DNA of 64,000 nucleotides from positions 38,750,001-38,814,000 of the forward strand of contig NC_043009.1 of assembly GCF_006345805.1 (NCBI RefSeq). Reading direction: 5' to 3'. The notes beneath the pieces were generated by a model. It was not told the DNA's origin and searched no databases. It saw only the letters and a program-made list of their open reading frames with translations. This document shows, piece by piece, positions 55,544-64,000 of the stretch. Source of the stretch: Octopus sinensis (lineage: Eukaryota). A program made the translations under genes and the position numbers. Each line of letters starts with the position of its first letter. Positions within the stretch are counted from its first letter, which is position 1.

Positions 55544-55868
55544 GGAGCACTCCGTCGGCTGTGACGTCGAGCGTCTCAGCTGATACGATCAACGGAACAG
55601 CTTGCTCGTGAAATTAACGTGCAAGTGGCTGAGCACTCCACAAACACGCGTACACCTAACGTAATTCTCGGGGTGATTCAGCGTGACACAGAGTATGACA
55701 AGGCTGACCCTTTGAATACTGGTATTACTCATTTTTGCCAGCTGAGTGGACTGGAGCAACGTGAAATAAAGTGTCTTGCTCAAGGACACAACGCGCTGCC
55801 GGGAATTGAACTCACGACCTTACGCTCATGAGCCGAATGTCCCTAACCACTAAGCCACTCGCCTTCAC
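55544..55868 (-). mobile_element. Group A SINE, third tail variant, full length
   Basis: TSD agaggac(c/a)tgta at 55532 and 55871; tRNA head TGGCTTAGTGG..GAGTTCAATTCC. Confidence 0.92.
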
Positions 55869-56206
55869 TAAGAGGACATGTAATGTGATACGATTCACAT
55901 TCCAGTTCCTGTTTTAAATAATTCGCCTACATCACTTTCCTAAAATATGGAATTCTCCGGATTGGCATACCCTATGGCGTTATTTCTTCAATACATAGAT
56001 GTTCTACAAATGTCCAAACTAAACATAAACTTCGAGAAGCTCAGTAATATGAAAAGGACTGCAAACATGATGGGCAACGAAACTCCTCTTTGAGTTTGCT
56101 ATCACACCGCTCCCCCTCACTCACCGCAAAAGAAATCTATGAAGCCAAGTACAAATACGAAATTTTGAAAGTGTTTAAACGAAATATTAATAACAATATT
56201 GAACAT

Positions 56207-56432
56207 GTTTATTTATTGCCCACAAGGGGCTAAACATAGAGGGGACAAACAAGGATGGACAAAGGGATTAAGTCGATTACATTGATCCCCGTGCGCAACT
56301 GGTACTTAATTTATCGTTCCCGAAAGAATGAAAGGCAAAGTCGACCTCGGCGGAATTTGAAATCAGAACAGCAGACGAAATACGGCTACGCATTTCGCCA
56401 GGCGTGCTAACGTTTCTGCCAGCTCGCCGTCT
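56207..56432 (-). mobile_element. Group C SINE
   Basis: Full-length homology; flanking taacaatattgaa duplication. Confidence 0.9.
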
Positions 56433-56872
56433 TATATTAACAATATTGAATAGCTAAGAATTGACTAGTTGCTTGTTCGCATGTCCCATACGGATTAGCA
56501 GAAAGCATGGATTGACAAAGCGAACGACAAAAGAGAACCATGGAAAAATGGAAATTATCTAACAACAAAGAAATATCTAAATTACCCGAAATTGAAATTT
56601 TATCTTAGATCTAAAATCATGAGTTGAAATAGCTGCTATCAATTTGGTGCAAAACTAACTGCAATGTTTAATTAATCAACTTAGAAGAAATATATCTCAT
56701 CTCAGAATAAATTTTATTAATTGAAATAGCGATTAGAATCAACACATTTTTGTCAACAATTCTATTTATTCCAGAAAAATAGAATTCTGGAGTCCTGGAA
56801 TCAACGAGCTCTTGAAAAGCTTTTCGTACTGTTGCGGAGTTGATGAAAATCCTTCGCCAGAAATATATGTTA

Positions 56873-57470
56873 AGGCGGCGAGCTAGCAGAAACGTTAGCA
56901 CGCCGGACGAAATGCTTAGCGGTATTTCGTCTGCCGCTACGTTCTGAGTTCAAATTCCGCCGTGGTCGACTTTGCCTTTCATCCGTTCGGGGTCGATAAA
57001 TTAAGTACCAGTTACGCACTGGGGTCGATATAATCGACTTAATCAGTTTGTCTTTCCTTGTTTGTCCCCTCTGTGTTTAGCCCCTTGTGGGTAGTAAAGA
57101 AATAGGTATTTCGTCTGCCGTTACGTTCTGAGTTCAAATCCGCTGAGGTCGACTTTGACTTTCATCCTTTCGGGGTCGATTAATTAAGTACCAGTTACGC
57201 ACTGGGGTCTATGTAATCGATTTAATCCGTTTGTCTGTCCTTGTTTGTCCCCTCTGTGTTTAGCCTCTTGTGGGTAGTAAAGAAATAGGTATTTCGTCTG
57301 CTGTTACGTTCTGAGTTCAAATTCCGCCGAGGTTGACTTTGCCTTTCATCCTTTCGGGGTCGATAAATTAAGTACCAGTTACGCACTGGAGTCGATGTAA
57401 TCGACTTAATTCCTTTGTCTGTCTTTGCTTGCCGCCTCTATGTTTTGCCCCTTGAGGGTAATAAAGAAAT
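56873..57470 (+). mobile_element. Group C SINE tandem trimer (one full head plus two ~183-bp repeats)
   Basis: Junction aaagaaata|ggtatttcgtctg at ~57104 and ~57287. Confidence 0.93.
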
Positions 57471-58464
57471 ATGCAATGCATGACGACTCTTGAAAAGGTA
57501 GCAGTCAGTTGGAGAGAGGTATTGAGAGTATATTGTTGGTGAGACGCAGCATCATAACCTAATTCGTTCAATCTCTACAATGTTGTTAGAGAGACATAAT
57601 ATGATCAGGTGTTAACATGGAGAAAAAAAAAATTTTGTTGACTGACTAATGTTGAGCAGAAATGCTACAATTCTTGGTGTTTTTGTTGATTTGTTGGCAG
57701 TAGTTCTCTGCTGTAAGTTCCGTCAAAGTTCAAGCAATAGTAAATGATTCCACTTACCAACAACTGAGCAGCGACTATGATATTCTTTTGATGTAACATA
57801 GGTTTAATGGGAGTGTATTTTCTTTTCTTTTCGGTTACTCTTTGCTTTACTACAATCCAGCTATTGCACAAAAAGCCTTTAGGTGTTGTATAAATTATAG
57901 TTTTTGTCACACATCACAATGAAACCACCAAGGGTCTTTGTTGCATTAAAGAAGCGCAGAACAGACTTTCTAAGAGCGATTTTACAACACAAACGTAGCC
58001 TAGGTTAAGGGGAGTGCATTTTGTTTCTTTTTCCTCTTTTACTGCTAGATATTGCTCATTTTGCCATTGTGCAGAAGGCCTTTAGTTGTTCTATAAATTC
58101 CAATTTTTATCACATAGCACAATGAAAAGGTGGGTTATTTGTGTTATTTCAGAAGAGCAGAGCAGACTTCGTAACAACGATTTTACAACGAATTTTTTTT
58201 TTCCTGCAGCTCATGTGGCACTAATATGGCAAACTTATTTGGAATTTCTCATGCCGAACAAATGTCGAACAAGTGAACATTTTTATGTTTTTCTTCAAAA
58301 TCTTGAGGCTGTTTTCTGTAGATCTGCTTCACTGATAACTCTTCCTCAATCTTATCAAAAGTTAATCTTCCTCAATCGCAGGGGTGTCGTTGGGAGACCT
58401 TCCTCACCCTTAAAGTTCTCGTCTCCACAACAATGACTTTGGAACCAATATTGATACGTGTGTG

Positions 58465-58988
58465 GAGCTGCGTGGCTTAGTGGTTAGGGTGTCAGCATCA
58501 TGATCGTAAGATGGTAGTTTCGATTCCTGGACCGGGCGACGCGTTGTGCTCTTGAGCAAAACACTTCATTTCACGTTGCTCCAGTCCACTCAGCTGGCAA
58601 AAATGAATAACGCTGCGATGGACTGGCGTCCCGTCCAACTGGGGAACACATGCGCCATAGAAACCGGGAAACCGGGCCCATGCGCCTGGCTAGGCTTTAA
58701 AACGGCGCAGTGGAGGCACATGGCTTAGTGGTTAGGGTGTCAGCATCATGATCATAAGATGGTGGTTTCGATACCTGGACCAGGCGATGCGTTGTGTTCT
58801 TGAGCAAAACACTTCCACCTTTTTTCACACCTTTTTTCCACCTTGTCCACTCAGCTGGCAGACTGAGTAACGCTGCGATGGAGTGGCGTCCCGACCGGCT
58901 GGGGAACACATACGCCATTGAAACCGGGAAACCGGGCCCATGAGCCTGACTAAGCTTTAAAAGGGCGCTTTCATTTTATTTATTTATC
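58465..58988 (+). mobile_element. Group A SINE head-to-tail dimer
   Basis: Two ~245-bp units; a single TSD attgat(ac/ct)gtgtgt at 58450 and 58989. Confidence 0.9.
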
Positions 58989-59158
58989 ATTGATCTGTGT
59001 GTACGTCAACTTCTCCTCTGGACAAACGCTTGCCCGACATTGCTAGCAATATCCTTTATTTTGCCTTCCATTTTGAACTAAGGCAATTAATCACATCAAT
59101 TTTCGTTTTCCATCTTTAATTTGACTGCCTAAAATTAATAAAAAATATACAATATCAT

Positions 59159-59572
59159 AGGCGCAGGAGTGGCTGTGTGGTAAGTAGCTTGTTTACCAAC
59201 CACATGGTTCCGGGTTCAGTCCCACTGCGTGGCACCTTGGGCAAGTGTCTTCTACTATAGCCTCGGGCCGACCAAAGCCTTGTGAGTGGATTTGGTAGAC
59301 GGAAACTGAAAGAAGCCCGTCGTATATATGTATATATATATGCGTCTGTGTGTTTGTGTGTCTGTGTTTGTCCCCCTAGCATTGCTTGATAACCGATGCT
59401 GGTGTGTTTATGTCCCCGTAACTTAGCGGTTCGGCAAAAGAGACCGATAGAATAAGTACTGGACTTACAAAAGAATAAGTCGCGGTGTCGAGTTGCTCGA
59501 TTAAAGGTGGTGCTCCAGCATGGCCGCAGTCAAATGACTGAAACAAGTAAAAGAGTAAAAGAGTAAAAAGAG
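59159..59572 (+). mobile_element. Group B SINE, full length
   Basis: tRNA-like head, CORE-like accttgggcaagtgtctt, internal (TA/TG)n, (gtaaaaga)n tail. Confidence 0.93.
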
Positions 59573-60435
59573 TGAAAAACCTCAGCGTAGATCTACAGAA
59601 TGTAGCATATCGTTTTGAAATGGTGCATTACGTGTACACAATTAAATAAAAATTTATTCTCAAATAAGAATCGAAGTTTCAAAATAACGAAATCATCCAC
59701 GATTTTTGCACCATCATAGTGTATTTGACAGCATCTATTCAACTAGTAACTATAAAGCTTAGAATCTATCTATATTTACAGTAAACCATCACCATAAATA
59801 TAGATATCATCAACACAGACGGCATTATCATATACATCATCATCATCATCGTCATGGTTATTATCATCACCGTCATCAGGATCAGCGTCGTCGTCATCAT
59901 CACCATCACCAACAGCAGTATCATTATCATCGTAATTATTGATATGACCACAGTGAAACTAAAAATTTATTAATGTAAACTACGTACTGCAAATCATCGC
60001 CCACATACACAATCACACATACACTGAAACATATCTTAGGTTCACACATACACACATACACGCATACGCTCATATGCCGATATCTTATTCATTCGAATAA
60101 ACCACTCGTTTGCATATACACGCTATGTTCTCCTATACATACATGGATACACACAAACATACATACGTGCGTACGTACATACATACATACATACATGCAT
60201 ACATATATACATACGTACATACACACACACACATATATATATACATAAATGAACTATCTATCTATCTATCTATCGATCTAGCTATCTATCGATATGTTTG
60301 TCTTTGTATCTATGCAGATATGCTGGTACACCCACACACCCACATATATGTATATGTGTATATATGTGTGTGTGTGTGTGTGTATGTATATGTATGTATA
60401 TATATTTATATATACGAATATATATGTTTGTATAT

Positions 60436-60469
<34 letters not shown>

Positions 60470-60481
60470 ATGTATTGATAA

Positions 60482-60560
<79 letters not shown>

Positions 60561-61542
60561 TGTATAGCGACATGAAACGACTGTTAAGTAGTATACGGTA
60601 ACAGTGTATTCTTTAAGTATAAGGCAGACAGACATATTGATAGATAGATATATAGATAGATACGTTTGTACATTCATACCTACATACATAGATAATTAGA
60701 TAGATAGAGAGAATGAACAGCAGATATAAAGATGCTAGCGCCATAGAGCAAAGCAATATGATATAGGAATTATGTTGCTGAAAAGTTCAAAGCTACATCG
60801 CTCTGTAATTTCAAAGCACTTCAACAACCAGTGCGGCCAGCAGTGTGAGGCGGCATGAAATATCATTGCCAATGATATTTGAGATGCTCAAAGTGTTGAC
60901 GAAAGGAATGATAATGACCGAAATGTTTGCGTTGCATGTGTTCGGTAATGGTTGGGAGTCGGATGTTGAATATCATGGCACGATGCAGCAAAGGCTCTGT
61001 CAAGATCATTATCTCTGAATGGCAAGTTTGTAGAAAGATAAACTAACAAAACTAAACAACATATGTCTTTCCGACGGCATCGTTTCATTATTTATGCCAA
61101 TGTAATGTTTGCTTTTTTTAAAAGTCCGTATCCCTGAAAAATCACATCTTGCAAACACTGCATACATTCCCATCAGCATTACTATTGACATACAGACAGA
61201 CAGATAGATAAATATACAAACAACGTAACACACGCGCAATTAGGTACAGGCACCTCACTAATGCATTTATACATACATACATACATACATACATACATAC
61301 ATACATACTTACATGCATACATACATACATACATACATACATACATACATACATGCATAAATACATATATACATACTTACATTCATACATACATACATAC
61401 GTATGTATGTATATAAGTATGTGTGTATATATATATATATATATGTGTGTGTGTCGAAATGATTATGCATGATTATATATATATACTCATACAAATACAT
61501 AAGTACATATTTATGTTTATACAGATGTATACAGACAGATAC

Positions 61543-61590
<48 letters not shown>

Positions 61591-61630
61591 TATATATATG
61601 TATATATATATGTATGTATATATGTATATA

Positions 61631-61853
61631 TATACTTAATTTAAAAGCAGCAGAAATATAACAAAAGCTGTTACTCAAAGATCACGTTCCCGTTCGTCGA
61701 ACAGTTTTGTTAAAATATTTTAACGGGGACGTGAAACTCTGAGTAACAGCTTTTGTTATATTTCTGCTGCTTTTAAATAAAGTATATTACTCTACCTCTG
61801 GTATATGAGTACTCTTTTTCCCACCTTGTTTCACATTTATGTGCTTACTCCAG
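61631..61853. mobile_element. (TA)n-embedded fold-back Penelope-like fragment with a split HHR
   Basis: 61631-61694 is the reverse complement of 61722-61786; the arms together give ctgt TCGACGA acg ggaa cgt GAAA ctc t gag TA acag. Confidence 0.7.
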
Positions 61854-61931
<78 letters not shown>

Positions 61932-62531
61932 ATATTATGTGCATATGTAAAGGCAAAAATATATATGTATATGGAGAGTGAGACAGTATGTATATGTGTG
62001 TGTGTGAGACACTGTGCTCGAATATGTGTCTGCATGTATACGTATAACGAAGAGGCAGCTTGGAAAACAATGAAAAAACAAAGAAAGATATGAAAACGCC
62101 AAACTGATTGATAGAAAGGCAAAGAGGGAAAAGTTGATCACATGAAAAGAGGAGAATATTAAACAAACATAAGGTAATCTCTTTAAACATGTGTAAGCAA
62201 CTATATATATGTCATAGACTCACAGGTAAATATTAATTGCGGTAGTATATACATAAACACAAAGTCGTAGACACACATACGCACACGCGCGCGCGTGCAC
62301 ACACACACATACACACACACACACACAGAGTCACACAGATTCATGGCCACACGCACAAGTACGACACACAACAATGTGGTATCTTTTTGAGTGAATTTTT
62401 CGTGAATTACGTAATGCATATACATAGATACATATATATATATGTATGTATGTATGTATATATATATGTATATATGTAAATGCACACATACATATGTGCA
62501 TGTATGTATATATATATATATATATATATAC

Positions 62532-62562
<31 letters not shown>

Positions 62563-63049
62563 TGAACACATACACAGGTGTGTCATGTTTTCCGTTTCTT
62601 GTCTTTTTATTTGATCCTGAAGAAAAAAAATTATATATATATATATATATAATAATAATATTAGGGAATAAATCCAAATTTACAGGGAAAAATTAGATTT
62701 AGGATTAAATCAATTTATAGTATAAATATATTATATTATATTATATTAAATTAGAGATAAAACCAGTATTAGGCAAATTAAACAGTGAAAAACATAAGCC
62801 AATACATAAAATTAATTCAAAAATATAAAAGTTAAAAATAAAAAATTATCTAAATAATTTAAACTTATAAATTTTATATATATATACGAATATATATATG
62901 TATGTATATTTTTATATTTATATATTATTTTATTTAGTAATTAATTAATTAATTAATTTTTTTTTTTAAATACCAAAAGTGTTAAAAGTTTAATATATAT
63001 ATATATATATATATAATATATGCATATGTGTGTGTGTGTGTGTCTTTCA

Positions 63050-63470
63050 TTCTTTTCCTTTACTTGTTTTGGTAAATTGTACGCGTCTACGCTGGAGCAA
63101 TGGCTTCAATAATTTTTGGTCGAACGAGTCGAATTCAGTGGTCTTTTCCCTTTTGAATTTGGTACTTGTCCTATTGCTCTCTTTTGCCAAAATGCTATGC
63201 AACGTGAACGTAATCACAACAACACCGGTCGTTAAACGACGGTGAGAGACAAGCATAGACACTAAGAAACACACACACGCACACTCACGGACGGAATACA
63301 CACACACTCAGACACACTAACACACATATACACACACAGAGAAACACACTCAGATTATGGGCTCCTTTTAGTTTCCACCAACTAAATACTCTCACAAGCA
63401 TTTGGCCATGAGACTGAACCAGGAACCATGTGGTTGGGAAGCAAGCATCTTACCGCACAGCCACACCTGT
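63050..63470 (-). mobile_element. Old group B SINE
   Basis: Diverged reverse-complement homology. Confidence 0.75.
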
Positions 63471-63656
63471 ACATTGGTTGGTTGGATAGAGGTAAGGTGT
63501 CAATCAGTTTACAGTTACATGTAGGAAAGCATCATGGCGTTTGTTTATAAACTGAAGCAATAAATATACACATACATACACTCATATGTCATACACACAT
63601 ATACTCATAACACACACACACGCACAAACGCATATATGTGTATGTGTATGTGCTTG

Positions 63657-64000
63657 CGGAGATGCAATGGCCCAATGGTTAGGGCAGCGAACTCTCGGTC
63701 GTAGGATCACGGTTTCTATTCTCAGACTGGGCGTTGTGAGTGTTTATCGAGGGAAAACACCTAAAGTTCCACGAGGCTCCGGCAGGGAGTCTTGGCGAAC
63801 CCTGCTGTACTCTTTCACCACAACTTTCTCTCACACTTCCTGTTTCTGTTGTACCTGTATTTCAAATGGCCAGCCTTGTCACGCTGAATCTCTCCGAGAA
63901 CTACGTTAAGGGTACACCTGTCTGTGAAGTGCTCAGCCGCTTGCACGTTAATTTCACGAGCAGGCTGTTCCGTTCATCGGGTCAACTGGAACCCTCGTCG
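63657..64000 (+). mobile_element. tRNA-derived SINE sharing its 3' body with the 55544 copy; runs off the window
   Basis: TGGCCCAATGGTTAGGGCAGCG head; tail is the reverse complement of 55570-55720. Confidence 0.85.

Larger units (their letters stand above)
56690..59120 (-). pseudogene. Near full-length decayed mariner (Hsmar1/cecropia-like) transposase split by two SINE multimers
   Basis: Minus strand in order: YWFQSHCCGDENFKGEEG (~58440); IVMCDK (~57910); KPMLHQKNII..SGIIYY (~57780); NELGYDAASHQQYS..LSPTDCYLFK (~57530); AFQELVDSRTPEFYFSGINR (~56800). Confidence 0.8.

Noticed and set aside
56873-57470. Regularly spaced repeats as a CRISPR-like array
   Set aside because: Units are contiguous ~183-bp SINE copies with no unique spacers; eukaryotic context, no cas genes
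58465-58540. tRNA genes at SINE heads (here and at other copies)
   Set aside because: A/B boxes run directly into SINE bodies; no complete cloverleaf with an acceptor stem

Overview
AT-rich, repeat-saturated eukaryotic non-coding DNA. The tRNA-derived SINE families and the microsatellite load suggest an octopus-like cephalopod (inference). I find no intact host protein-coding gene; almost all listed ORFs are microsatellite or SINE read-throughs. Content: three abundant tRNA-derived SINE groups, many with clear target-site duplications (TSDs); 3' ends of three R4/Dong-like LINEs stacked in (TAA)n; a HERO-like LINE end; decayed Ty3/gypsy, RTE-like, hAT-like and mariner elements; a fold-back DD41D (rosa-type) transposon; and a full-length U6 snRNA retrocopy fused to a SINE inside one TSD. 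The main unexpected signal is about a dozen hammerhead-ribozyme (HHR) motifs from several unrelated short families. They mostly sit in or beside (TA)n tracts, often in inverted/tandem arrangements typical of Penelope-like pseudo-LTRs or retrozymes. They include a canonical type I HHR in a ~394-bp tandem/inverted unit (18.1-19.0 kb), an HHR with a G3:C8 core swap (51.1 kb) and a family with a recurrent A6->U core change. All calls were made by eye, and boundaries of decayed elements are approximate.
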